DNA from: Candidatus Kerfeldbacteria bacterium CG_4_10_14_0_8_um_filter_42_10
Lineage (GTDB): Bacteria; Patescibacteriota; Patescibacteriia; UM-FILTER-42-10
Direction: 5' to 3'
DNA length: 64,000 bases
Assembly: GCA_002784945.1 (NCBI GenBank)
Contig: PFMD01000024.1
Span: forward strand, 17,858 to 81,857
Numbering within the stretch: position 1 is the stretch's first letter; every line of letters begins with the position of its first letter. The notes under the pieces were generated by a model. That model saw only the letters and a program-made list of their open reading frames with translations, was not told the origin of the DNA and ran no database searches. Made by a program: the position numbers and the translations under genes. Shown one piece after another: positions 38,712 to 48,077 of the stretch.

Positions 38712-40147
38712 TTTTGCATTCTAGGAAATAGGGGTTGTCCTTTGGTGATTTTGGAAGCTAAAAACTTTTTTTGAATAGCCGCGCCGGTCTCCGGCATAAA
38801 CGGTTCAATAGCATTGGCAATGGCCAGAATAGTTCCTGCGGTCTCTTGAAGAAACTTAAGGCGGTTTTCATCATTCACGGCTTTTTCCCAAGGTTTTTCT
38901 TTCTGCAATTTATAATCAAGGTTGTTAATTTCGGATTCAAAAACAGCAATTGCTTCAGTGAATTCCAGTTTCTCTAAATGTCTGGAAACTTCTTTAAAAA
39001 TTAGATCCGATGTCTTCAGCTTTTTATTCAGTTGTCCTCCTCCTTGTTCGATTAAATTCGCCACTCGCGACACTAAATTACCGATGCCATTCGCTAAATA
39101 AGCATTGTATTGTTCATCAAATTTTTCCGCCTTGATATCGCCATCCTGCCCAAAAGGAAATTGGGACAATAAGAGATAACGCGTCGCGTCCGCTCCATAC
39201 TTTTTTACCATTTCATTAGGGTCAATGACGTTGCCTAAAGATTTACTCATTTTTTGGCCGTTGATGGTGAAGAAACCATGCAAAAAAAGCTCTTTGGGCG
39301 GTTTTTCGCCGGCCGCCAGCAAAAGAGCGGGCCAATAGATGCAGTGGAATTTCAGAATGTCCTTAGCCATTAAATGAAGAACGTCGGCCTCAATCCACCA
39401 TTTTTTAAACTCTTTTTCATTGTCACCATAACCGATCGCCGAGACGTAGTTTTGGAGCGCCTCTACCCAGACATAGGTTACCTGCGATTGATCAAACGGC
39501 AAAGGGATTCCCCATTTTACCCTTTCCCGCGATACGGAAAAATCTTCCAGCCCTTGCTGGAACAATCCCAATGTTTCTTTTTTCTTATCTTCCGGCCTGA
39601 TTTTTATTTCATCTTTTTCAATCAGTTCCTTAACTTGAGGAAGATATTTTTTCAGCTTAAAAAAATAGTTCTTTTCCGTGATTTTCTCCGGTACGGTGAG
39701 GTGAATGGGGCACTTGCCGTTAACCAGTTCTTTTTCCGTCAAGAAATTCTCGCAGCCGGTGCAATAGAGCCCTTCGTAGGTTCCTTCGTAAATATCCCCG
39801 TTCTCCCAGAGCTTTTGCATGAATTTGGCCACCGCTTCTTTATGCCGTTGATCAGTAGTTCTGATAAAGTAATCAAAAGAGAGATTCAAGCTTTCAAAAG
39901 TCTTTTTGAATTTTTCACTGTTTTCATCGCATAGCTCCAGGGGAGATTTTCCCGCTTTTTTTGCCGATTCTTCCACTTTGGCGCCATGCTCATCGGTACC
40001 GGTTAAAAAAAACACCTCATCTCCTTTTAAACGATGCCAGCGGGCCAGTACATCCGCCGCGATGGTCGTATAGGCATGCCCGATGTGAGGTTTATCGTTT
40101 ACATAGTATATGGGTGTCGTAATGTAGTACTTGCTTTTTGTTGACAT
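38708..40147 (-). CDS. metG: Methionine--tRNA ligase
   Basis: 479 aa; HIGH-type motif PHIGHAYT, KMSKS, zinc knuckle CTGCENF..C. Confidence 0.9.
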   Translation of the reverse strand: MSTKSKYYITTPIYYVNDKPHIGHAYTTIAADVLARWHRLKGDEVFFLTGTDEHGAKVEESAKKAGKSPLELCDENSEKFKKTFESLNLSFDYFIRTTDQRHKEAVAKFMQKLWENGDIYEGTYEGLYCTGCENFLTEKELVNGKCPIHLTVPEKITEKNYFFKLKKYLPQVKELIEKDEIKIRPEDKKKETLGLFQQGLEDFSVSRERVKWGIPLPFDQSQVTYVWVEALQNYVSAIGYGDNEKEFKKWWIEADVLHLMAKDILKFHCIYWPALLLAAGEKPPKELFLHGFFTINGQKMSKSLGNVIDPNEMVKKYGADATRYLLLSQFPFGQDGDIKAEKFDEQYNAYLANGIGNLVSRVANLIEQGGGQLNKKLKTSDLIFKEVSRHLEKLEFTEAIAVFESEINNLDYKLQKEKPWEKAVNDENRLKFLQETAGTILAIANAIEPFMPETGAAIQKKFLASKITKGQPLFPRMQK

Positions 40148-40335
40148 TAATATGAATTAAATCATCGTATGGTTTTATGTTATATTGTTTTATTGTTAAA
40201 TTGTTAAGGAGACTCAAAACAAACCAATTTGTGAAACAATAAAGCAATATAACAATAAAACAATTGCTTAATTAACTCTTGACTTACAACTGATGATAAT
40301 TATTAATTTATTTTTCAACATTTAAACTTCAATTT

Positions 40336-41391
40336 CTACGTTTCTAATTTTTCTTCTTTCTCTTTCCTTTCTTCAAAAAAATCACTCAGGAATATTTTTA
40401 TAATGGTCGTGGTCGGCACGGCTAAAATAATTCCCACCACTCCGGCAATTTTAGCCCCGATCAACATGACAATAATTACCACGATCGGATTCAGCCCGAC
40501 GCTTTTCTGCATTACTTTGGGAACAATAATTTGATTCTCTAACTGCTGAATAATGATATAAAGAACGACTACCAGCAGCGCTTTAAGGGGAGACATGGCA
40601 AAAGTAAGAAAAACCGCCGGAATCGCGCTAATAATCGGCCCGATGTAAGGAATAAATTCCGTAATGCCCGCGATTAAAGCCAGCACTAAGGCATATTTTA
40701 CTCCTAAAATAGTCAAACCGATAAAGGTGAGGGTAAAAATTATTAAGGACAGGATTAATTGGCCTCTGAGCCATTGGCCCAACTTATGCTGAACTTGATT
40801 GGTTTTTTGAACCAGATAAGGCTGATACTTGCTGGGCGCGATTGAGTGAAAAAACTCTTTGATCCCCGCTTCGCCAATAGTCAGGTAAAATACCATCACC
40901 ATTACGGCAAAGAGACCGATTATACCGCCCAAGAAGCGGGAAGAAAATGTGAAAATTCCGCTTCCTAGCTGGGCTAGGGAATCACTCAAGGAATTCAAGG
41001 AATTCTGGACTGATCCTTCTACGCCATATTTGTTGGAAAAATTTTGAAAAGTGGAATAGAGCTGGACCAACTTATCATAGTATTGCGGGAAAGAACCGGT
41101 AATCTGTTTCACCTGTTCTACAATCGGCGGAACAATCAACATTACCGCTAATGACACTACTCCAATAATCGCTAAATAAACTACCAAAATTCCAATCGCT
41201 CGGGGAATTTTTCTTTTCTGCAAAGCGTCAATCCAGGGATCCAGGGCTGAAGCAATTACTATGGAAATAAATATTATGGCAAGGATATCGCGCACTAGGT
41301 AAAGGAACCCCAATAACAAAAAAATGGCGATTATCTTGATAATTGATCCGGTAGATATGGTTACGTTCATCTTCTGTTTTAGCGGTTCCAT
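40336..41391 (-). CDS. AI-2E family transporter (PerM-like permease)
   Basis: 351 aa; 7-8 TM helices with characteristic long N-terminal TM pair. Confidence 0.7.
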   Translation of the reverse strand: MEPLKQKMNVTISTGSIIKIIAIFLLLGFLYLVRDILAIIFISIVIASALDPWIDALQKRKIPRAIGILVVYLAIIGVVSLAVMLIVPPIVEQVKQITGSFPQYYDKLVQLYSTFQNFSNKYGVEGSVQNSLNSLSDSLAQLGSGIFTFSSRFLGGIIGLFAVMVMVFYLTIGEAGIKEFFHSIAPSKYQPYLVQKTNQVQHKLGQWLRGQLILSLIIFTLTFIGLTILGVKYALVLALIAGITEFIPYIGPIISAIPAVFLTFAMSPLKALLVVVLYIIIQQLENQIIVPKVMQKSVGLNPIVVIIVMLIGAKIAGVVGIILAVPTTTIIKIFLSDFFEERKEKEEKLET

Positions 41392-41441
41392 AAAATCATT
41401 TTAGAATAATTAGAAGCTATTTTTAGTATACCATAAAATAG

Positions 41442-42719
41442 CTATATTTTTAACAGCTTTAGAAATTCTTGCTTAGCCGTGAACGGCCCGATTAAAGCTA
41501 AGTTTATTTTGGAGGTTTGAAAAATATCTTTTGCTACTCGTTGGATATCACCGATTTTTACTTTTTGAATCTTTCTCAATTTTTGTTCCAAAGTCAGTGT
41601 TTTACCGGTCAAAAGCTGTTGAATACCGTACCAGCCGGCGATTTGCTCCGAGTCTTCCATTTCTAAAGTCAGTCTCCCTTTCAAATATTCCTTCGCTTTA
41701 TCCAGTTCTTCTGAAGAAACAGCGGTTTGCTTTATTTTTTTGATTTCTTCCAATATTCTTACGATGGCCTGGCTGATTCTTCGGCGATCCAGCCCGGATT
41801 GGATGACAAAATTTCCGATGTCTTCATATATATTGGCGGACGAACGGATGAAATAACACAATCCCTGCCGCTCCCGAATATTAATAAAGAGCCGGGAACT
41901 CATATTGCCGCCTAAGATAATATTTAAAAGATAAAGCGCTTCCAGATCTTTATGAAAATAGGAATAAGCGGGAAAGCCCAAACAAAGCTGAACCTGCTCC
42001 GTTTTTTTGTATTCCACTTTTGCCCGGGGAGCGTTTTGAATTACTTTCACTTTGGAAAAGGAAGAGGCTTTGTCTTTAGTTCGTTCCCAATTAAAGTGTT
42101 TTTCAATTAAGCGGAATCCTTCTTGAGGATTAATTTTTCCGGAAATTACCACCAGCATGTTGCGGGGATGGTAATATTTTTTTTTGTAACGCATCATCTG
42201 GCTGCGAGTGACTTTTCTGATTACCGCCTTCGGACCGCTGATCAACTGGCCCAGCCGGTTATCTTTTCCATAAAGCAGTTCCTCGAACAAAGAATCCACA
42301 TACGATTGGGGATTATCTTTATACATGTTGATTTCTTCTTCAATCACTCCCCGCTCGCGGTTTAATTCCTTCGGATCAAACAAGGAGTTCTTTAGCATAT
42401 CGGACAAAACGTCAAAAGCGAGCTTCTTTTTTTCGTGATTTACTTTTATATGGTATCCCGTCTGGTCTTTTTGGGTAAAAGCGTTGCATTCCGCGCCCAC
42501 GCCATCTAGTTCTTTGGAAATTTGAAGCGTGGTCGGACGCTTTACAGTGCCCTTAAACATCATATGCTCGATAAAATGAGAGACGCCGTTTAAATTCTGC
42601 GGTTCGTGGCGGGAGCCCACTTTAACCAATACTAAAAGAGTGATTGTTTTGGTATCTTTAAGCGGAGCGACAATGGCTTTCAAACCATTGGGGAATGTTT
42701 TTTTGTAGTAAGGAAGCAT
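41442..42719 (-). CDS. M16-family zinc peptidase (insulinase-like)
   Basis: 425 aa; inverted zinc motif HFIEHMMFKGT. Confidence 0.8.
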   Translation of the reverse strand: MLPYYKKTFPNGLKAIVAPLKDTKTITLLVLVKVGSRHEPQNLNGVSHFIEHMMFKGTVKRPTTLQISKELDGVGAECNAFTQKDQTGYHIKVNHEKKKLAFDVLSDMLKNSLFDPKELNRERGVIEEEINMYKDNPQSYVDSLFEELLYGKDNRLGQLISGPKAVIRKVTRSQMMRYKKKYYHPRNMLVVISGKINPQEGFRLIEKHFNWERTKDKASSFSKVKVIQNAPRAKVEYKKTEQVQLCLGFPAYSYFHKDLEALYLLNIILGGNMSSRLFINIRERQGLCYFIRSSANIYEDIGNFVIQSGLDRRRISQAIVRILEEIKKIKQTAVSSEELDKAKEYLKGRLTLEMEDSEQIAGWYGIQQLLTGKTLTLEQKLRKIQKVKIGDIQRVAKDIFQTSKINLALIGPFTAKQEFLKLLKI

Positions 42720-42744
42720 AGGTTTTGTTTATCACCTTTACAGT

Positions 42745-42788
42745 GGATGGTTGTAGGCGAATTTGGCCAAATTCGCCTACAACCATCC
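42745..42788. repeat. 44-nt perfect palindrome GGATGGTTGTAGGCGAATTTGG|CCAAATTCGCCTACAACCATCC
   Basis: Lies between the glyQS stop and the M16 peptidase start; no T-run follows. Confidence 0.6.
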
Positions 42789-42813
42789 CATTTTAATGAG
42801 GTAACAAATAATA

Positions 42814-44154
42814 TTAGATTTTTTCCTTTAAGTAATTAACCAATTCTTCGATTTTTACCCTCTCCTGCTTCATAGTGTCTCTATCTCGGACAGTCACCGC
42901 TTTGTCTTCTAAAGAATCAAAATCCACGGTGACGCAATAGGGCGTGCCAATTTCATCCTGTCGGCGGTAGCGTTTTCCTATGGAAGCAACTTCATCGTAA
43001 GCCGCCATGAAATTGGGTTGGATTTCTTGATAAATTTCTTTAGCCACTTTTACCAGATTTTCTTTGCGGGACAAAGGCAGTACCGCCACTTTATATGGAG
43101 CCAAATCCTTATGGAGGCGCAGAACTACCTCTTCTTCTTTAATGCTTTCGGTAGTGGTGGTGCGGCCGCCCTTTACTTCGTCATAAGCATCCAGCAGAAA
43201 GGTCAAAGCGGCCCGGTCTACTCCGAATGACGGTTCTATGACGTAAGGAGTGATTTTCTGGTTTGATTCCTGATCATGGTATTCCAGCTTGTGCTGTTTC
43301 AAATCATAATCGGTTCGGTTAGCAATACCCAAAAGTTCCGCCCATCCTTTCTCTCCGCCAGAGGCGGATCCGCCTTGGGCGGAAAAAGGAAATTTGTATT
43401 CAATGTCAACCGTTTCTTTAGCGTAATGAGCCAGTTCTTTTTTCTCTTGAGGACGTTTCTTGATATTTTCTTTTTTAATACCTAAATCTAAAAACCATTG
43501 ATAGGATTGCTCCACCCAATAATCAAACCATTTTTTGTCTTCTTTCGGATCGATAAAATACTCCAGTTCCATCTGTTCAAATTCCCGCGAGCGGAATATA
43601 AAGTTGCCGGGCGTAATTTCATTGCGAAAAGCTTTGCCCACTTGAGCAATGCCAAAGGGCAGCTTTTGGCGCATGGTATCAACAATGTTTTTGAAATTGA
43701 CGAAAATCCCTTGAGCGGTTTCCGGGCGGAGGTAAGCAGCCGAAGCAGAATTTTCTACTGGGCCCACAAAAGTTTTAAACATTAAGTTGAACTCTTTTGC
43801 TTTTTCTAATTCTTTCTTACCGCAATTAGGACACTGACCATTTAAATCTTCTTCCTTAAAACGCTGATGACAACTTTTGCATTCCACCAACTTATCAGCG
43901 AATCCTTTTAAATGCCCTGAAACCTCCCAAGTTTTGGGATTCATTATAATTGCCGAATCCAACCCCACCACATCTGCCCTTTCCTGCACAAACTTTTTCC
44001 ACCACATTTTTTTGATGTTATTTTTCAACTCCACGCCCAAAGGACCGAAATCCCAAAACCCCTGAAGTCCGCCGTAAATTTCCGAGGAAGGAAAAATAAA
44101 CCCTCTTCTCTTCGATAAACTTACAATCTTTTCCATTAAATTTTGTTGAAGCAT
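42814..44154 (-). CDS. glyQS: Glycine--tRNA ligase (homodimeric class II)
   Basis: GlyRS N-terminus MEKIVSLSKRRGFIFPSSEIYGG; start set at MLQQ (track ORF extends 10 codons further, into the GIY-YIG element IR); carries the in-frame 28-nt repeat at 43355..43382. Confidence 0.9.
   Translation of the reverse strand: MLQQNLMEKIVSLSKRRGFIFPSSEIYGGLQGFWDFGPLGVELKNNIKKMWWKKFVQERADVVGLDSAIIMNPKTWEVSGHLKGFADKLVECKSCHQRFKEEDLNGQCPNCGKKELEKAKEFNLMFKTFVGPVENSASAAYLRPETAQGIFVNFKNIVDTMRQKLPFGIAQVGKAFRNEITPGNFIFRSREFEQMELEYFIDPKEDKKWFDYWVEQSYQWFLDLGIKKENIKKRPQEKKELAHYAKETVDIEYKFPFSAQGGSASGGEKGWAELLGIANRTDYDLKQHKLEYHDQESNQKITPYVIEPSFGVDRAALTFLLDAYDEVKGGRTTTTESIKEEEVVLRLHKDLAPYKVAVLPLSRKENLVKVAKEIYQEIQPNFMAAYDEVASIGKRYRRQDEIGTPYCVTVDFDSLEDKAVTVRDRDTMKQERVKIEELVNYLKEKI
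43355..43382. repeat. 28-nt palindromic repeat inserted in-frame in glyQS (encodes AQGGSASGG)
   Basis: Reverse complement is identical to 28011..28038 in atpA. Confidence 0.8.
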
Positions 44155-44158
44155 ATTT

Positions 44159-44443
44159 TTACTTTTTTCTACTCGTCCTCTCAACTTTTTGAGAAAACAA
44201 TTGGTTCTTTAAAGTTCTATAAATCCAATTCTTACCCCAACCAGTTTTTAAAAATTTTTCTCTTTGCGCTGCATCATGCTTATTCCGATGAGCTTCATAA
44301 TACAACAATATAAATGGATGCCTCGACTGCGTAGAAAAATTTTCACCATTATTATGTGAGTTAAACCTCTTACGTAGATCATTTGTCATACCGATATACA
44401 TATTTCCATCTTTTATACTCTGAAGTATATAGACGTACCACAT
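44159..44443 (-). CDS. GIY-YIG nuclease family protein (copy 1)
   Basis: 94 aa; WYVYIL...GNMYIGMTNDLRKRFNSHN; 65% identical over the shared region to the 47868..48083 copy. Confidence 0.75.
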   Translation of the reverse strand: MWYVYILQSIKDGNMYIGMTNDLRKRFNSHNNGENFSTQSRHPFILLYYEAHRNKHDAAQREKFLKTGWGKNWIYRTLKNQLFSQKVERTSRKK

Positions 44444-44465
44444 ATTCTCAAAAAGTTGAGAGGGT
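44177..44465 (-). mobile_element. GIY-YIG cassette bounded by 19-bp hairpin-containing inverted repeats TTCTCAAAAAGTTGAGAGG
   Basis: Left arm 44177..44195 is the reverse complement of right arm 44446..44465; right arm abuts the GIY-YIG start codon; the left arm encodes the protein C-terminus FSQKVER. Confidence 0.6.
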
Positions 44466-44531
44466 AAAACCGCGCCTCTTGGCTAAAGAGACAATTTTTT
44501 CCATTAAATTGTTTTCTTCTCTCTCGATCAT
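44448..44531 (-). pseudogene. Remnant duplicate of the glyQS 5' end (MIEREENNLMEKIVSLAKRRGFTLSTF)
   Basis: 15-aa stretch NLMEKIVSLAKRRGF matches glyQS residues NLMEKIVSLSKRRGF; reading frame terminates inside the cassette inverted repeat. Confidence 0.55.
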
Positions 44532-44570
44532 AATGAATAAATTATACCAATTTTACAGTTTTTACACAAA

Positions 44571-44598
44571 GAAGGCGCGATTCGCGAATCGCGCCTTC
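44571..44598 (-). terminator. 28-nt perfect palindrome GAAGGCGCGATTCG|CGAATCGCGCCTTC downstream of the clp gene
   Basis: 14-bp stem; TTTGTGTAAA follows on the minus strand; related to the 8016..8043 motif. Confidence 0.4.
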
Positions 44599-44618
44599 TA
44601 TAATCCATCGTTAATATC

Positions 44619-47408
44619 TCACAACTCCTCGGCTTTTTCAATTCGAATGGTTCCGCCTTTTTCCAAAACAGCAACATCCCTGCGGCCAACCTTGCCCGAA
44701 AGCATATATTTGGCTAAAGCACTGTCTACTTTATCCTGGATTACTCTTCTTAAAGGCCGAGCTCCAAATTCAGGGTGAAATCCTTCCCGGGCCAGTTCGA
44801 CAATCGCTTCCTGGTCCGCTTTTAGTGTGATTCCCTTTGGAGCAAGCTGGAGGGCGACTTTATTTAATTCCAATTGAGCAATTTGTACTACCTGATCAAA
44901 CGTTAAGGGTTTGAATACGACGATTCCATCAAAGCGGTTCAAAAATTCCGGGCGAAAATAGCCTTTAAGCACCTGGCCTAAAACTTGTTTTTGAATCTGG
45001 TCAGTGGTTAGACCGGCTCGCATCCCTTCTTGAATTTGGGCGGTACCGGCATTAGAGGTAGCGATCAAAATAGCATTGGTAAAATCAATGGTTCTTCCCG
45101 CTCCATCGGTAAGGCGGCCATCGTCCATCACTTGTAAAAAAACATTTAAAATATCAGGATGCGCCTTTTCTAATTCATCCAGCAGTACTAGGGAAAAGGG
45201 TGCAGAACGGACCGCTTCTGTTAAATACCCTCCGGCGCTGGCCCCTTTGTAGCCGGGCGGCGCTCCAATCAAACGGCTGAGCGAGGATTGGTCTTGGTAT
45301 TCCGACATATCCAGCCGGACCATTTTAGTCTCCGCTCCAAAGTAAACTTCCGCCACGGTCTTGGCTAATTCCGTTTTGCCTACGCCGGTGGGGCCGACAA
45401 AAAGAAAATTGGCAATCGGCCGGTTGGTATCTCTAAGCTCAGCCCGGGCTCTTCTTAACGCTTCGGCTACCAAATGCACCGCCTCATCTTGCCCCACTAT
45501 TCGGGCGTGCATCTTTTCTTCTAAATTGATCAGCAGATCTTCTTCTTCCATGGTCACCGTTGTTACCTTTACGTTTGTTTTTTCCGAAAGTACGACGGCC
45601 ACTTCGTTTTTTCCAACAATGGCATTTTCTCCTTTGGTTTCTCGAGTATAAACTGCGGCCTCTTCCATAATATCTAAAGCCTTGGAGGGCAAATAACGAT
45701 CGTGAATATACCGGCGGGAAAGTTTGACGGCGTTTTCAATGGCATCATAAGAAAAGAATACCTTATGGCGATATTCCATTCCGCCGGACCTGGCTTCTAA
45801 TACTTGAATAGCGGCATTGTCATCCATTTCCTCTACTTTAACCACTTGGAAGCGGCGCATAAAGGCATCGTTGTTTTTAAGATAAAGATTAAAGTCGGTT
45901 GTAGTCACAACGCCGATTACTTGAATTAACCCTTGAGATAAGGCGTTGGCTAAAATGCCTGCAGCATCCTGTGCCCCTGCTGTGCTGCTAGCACCCACCA
46001 GATTAGCAATATCATCAATAAATAACGTAACGTTTCCGGCGGAAGTGGCTTCGTTAATTGCGGTCATCATCCGGCCTTCAATTTCCCCTTGGGCATGGGT
46101 GCCGGCAATCAGCCCGCCCGTTTCTAAACTAACCAAGCGCTTATCCTGAAGAACCTTAGGTACGTCTTCGGCGGTCATTCTCTCAGCAATTCCTTCGCCA
46201 ATAATTGTTTTGCCCACACCGGCATCACCGACCATCAGCACGTTACCCAGCCGCTGTTCCAAAATCCTCAAGACTTCATCCATTTCCTTTTCCCGGTCAA
46301 TCAGCGGAAATAAGGCGCCGGCCCGGGCCGCTAAAGTCAGGTCTCTACTAAACTGATCCAACGTAGGAGTGGGCCGCGCCGTCATGGCCCGATTCATAAT
46401 ATTTTTAGGCTTCAGCTGCGCTTTGGAACGGAAGCGGCGCCAACGCTCCTGAAGCAGTTTGGTGATGTGGATCCATTCCGCGACGTTTTTCAACTTATTG
46501 AAATCAACCTCTAAATCATAAAGAATTTCCTGAGCCACTTTATGGGTTTTAGCAATAACAATGAGCAACTCCGTAACATCCACCTTATCCCGACGTAAGC
46601 TGCTTGCTTCAACGTAAGCCATAAAAAGCAGATTGTAGAATTCGGGCGAAAAACCGGTCTGTTCGCCAATAGTGTACTGTTCCTGCTTTAATGCCCTTAT
46701 TACTTTCTGCATTAAAAGTTTTGCGTTTATTCCCATTCGCCCGAAAATCACAGCGCTCTGCTTAAGCGTCAAAAGTGAAGCTAGTAAATGAAGGGAGTGC
46801 ACTTCACTATGTTTTAGCTTTCGCGCCAACTTCCATGACTCTTCGACTAATTTAAGCGCGTCTTCGGTGAAAGTCTTGCTGATATCAATTTTTTTGTCTT
46901 TAGGCAACGATTCTGCCTGGTCGAAAGTTAGCGGTGCGGAGAGAGGCACGGCAGTGGTATAACTTCCTTTTTTCACCGAGTGTTTTAGTTTCTCTTCCTG
47001 ATCGATCCGGTAAAAAATGTAAAGATCTCCTAAAAGACTGATCCAGAATAAAAGCAGACCGGGCTTTTTCAGGTTTAATAAATCAGAAATTGCCGAGATC
47101 TGCTCTAAAGAACGCACGACTTCTAAAAAACCAAGTAAGATTCCTAAGACCGCCAATAAAATCAGCAGGCCGTTAATGGTAATCCGGATTCCCCTTTCCA
47201 GTTTATCTTCTACAATCGAAATAGTATTCATCTTCTTGCCCCAATACAAAGCATCGCCTAGATAATAGGCATATGCTCCCAAGCCGTTGCATTTGGAACA
47301 GCGCACTTCTTCCTTGCTGCTAATTAGGCGCGAATAACCGTTACACCGATCGCAAGGAATAAGCCCAAGAGACTCTTTTTCTGGTTCTTTACTTGTGTAG
47401 AATGCCAT
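44619..47408 (-). CDS. Clp/Hsp100-family double-AAA+ ATPase with N-terminal zinc ribbon and two TM helices
   Basis: 929 aa; CDRCNGY...CSKCNG zinc ribbon; two hydrophobic helices; Clp-N repeats; D1 GDAGVGKT; D2 GPTGVGKT; short D1-D2 linker, so no ClpB-type M domain. Confidence 0.8.
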   Translation of the reverse strand: MAFYTSKEPEKESLGLIPCDRCNGYSRLISSKEEVRCSKCNGLGAYAYYLGDALYWGKKMNTISIVEDKLERGIRITINGLLILLAVLGILLGFLEVVRSLEQISAISDLLNLKKPGLLLFWISLLGDLYIFYRIDQEEKLKHSVKKGSYTTAVPLSAPLTFDQAESLPKDKKIDISKTFTEDALKLVEESWKLARKLKHSEVHSLHLLASLLTLKQSAVIFGRMGINAKLLMQKVIRALKQEQYTIGEQTGFSPEFYNLLFMAYVEASSLRRDKVDVTELLIVIAKTHKVAQEILYDLEVDFNKLKNVAEWIHITKLLQERWRRFRSKAQLKPKNIMNRAMTARPTPTLDQFSRDLTLAARAGALFPLIDREKEMDEVLRILEQRLGNVLMVGDAGVGKTIIGEGIAERMTAEDVPKVLQDKRLVSLETGGLIAGTHAQGEIEGRMMTAINEATSAGNVTLFIDDIANLVGASSTAGAQDAAGILANALSQGLIQVIGVVTTTDFNLYLKNNDAFMRRFQVVKVEEMDDNAAIQVLEARSGGMEYRHKVFFSYDAIENAVKLSRRYIHDRYLPSKALDIMEEAAVYTRETKGENAIVGKNEVAVVLSEKTNVKVTTVTMEEEDLLINLEEKMHARIVGQDEAVHLVAEALRRARAELRDTNRPIANFLFVGPTGVGKTELAKTVAEVYFGAETKMVRLDMSEYQDQSSLSRLIGAPPGYKGASAGGYLTEAVRSAPFSLVLLDELEKAHPDILNVFLQVMDDGRLTDGAGRTIDFTNAILIATSNAGTAQIQEGMRAGLTTDQIQKQVLGQVLKGYFRPEFLNRFDGIVVFKPLTFDQVVQIAQLELNKVALQLAPKGITLKADQEAIVELAREGFHPEFGARPLRRVIQDKVDSALAKYMLSGKVGRRDVAVLEKGGTIRIEKAEEL

Positions 47409-47802
47409 TGATAATGGTAATTAAATGATGCTCCTTAATCTCGGATAATTGGAAAATAATGGAATAGATAATGAAAACGGGTAAAATCAACCAAATAATA
47501 AACAGGATCACCAACACAACAACCCAGATCACCGTGGTCAGCAGTAGAAAAAAGAAATGGAAAATTCTTACAAAAAAACTGATTAACCGGCCGCTGCGCG
47601 AATAGTCGCCATACATCGGCTTAAGCAAATTAGCAAACAGAATCTTTAGGGAAAGCGCTTCGGCTAAAGAAGAAATTTGCCGGCCAATAAAAAACAGCAC
47701 TTTTTTAGTGCCGGTGGTGTACCACCATACTGGAAAATAGAAGATTTTGCCAATCAGCTCAATAAAAACATATTTAAGCGCGTTGATAAACGCATTACTC
47801 AT
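47389..47802 (-). CDS. Hypothetical membrane protein (3-4 TM)
   Basis: 137 aa; start codon directly abuts the CCCGTTAGAG element end. Confidence 0.45.
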   Translation of the reverse strand: MSNAFINALKYVFIELIGKIFYFPVWWYTTGTKKVLFFIGRQISSLAEALSLKILFANLLKPMYGDYSRSGRLISFFVRIFHFFFLLLTTVIWVVVLVILFIIWLILPVFIIYSIIFQLSEIKEHHLITIINGILHK

Positions 47803-48077
47803 CCCGTTAGAGAAAGGAAGCGCTTCAGACGATTTTTTAGATATCTTTTACCCATACCTGATTTTAGTTATTTTTCTCTAGTAAAAGCATCGCCTTTATT
47901 AAAACACGCTTCATAATAAATTAGAATAAATGGCCCACGACCTTTTGTAGAAAGTATCATATTATTGTTATGTTCCTTAAAGCGCTTCCGTAAATCAATA
48001 GTACAACCCGTATACCAATCATTATCTTTTTTACTTTGAATAAGATAAGTATACCACGCTTTGTTTTCTCTAACGGG
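47803..48077 (-). mobile_element. CCCGTTAGA terminal-inverted-repeat element carrying a GIY-YIG gene
   Basis: TCATCCCGTTAGAG at 47799..47812 and CTCTAACGGGACTCAT at 48068..48083 form inverted ends flanking the GIY-YIG ORF. Confidence 0.55.
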
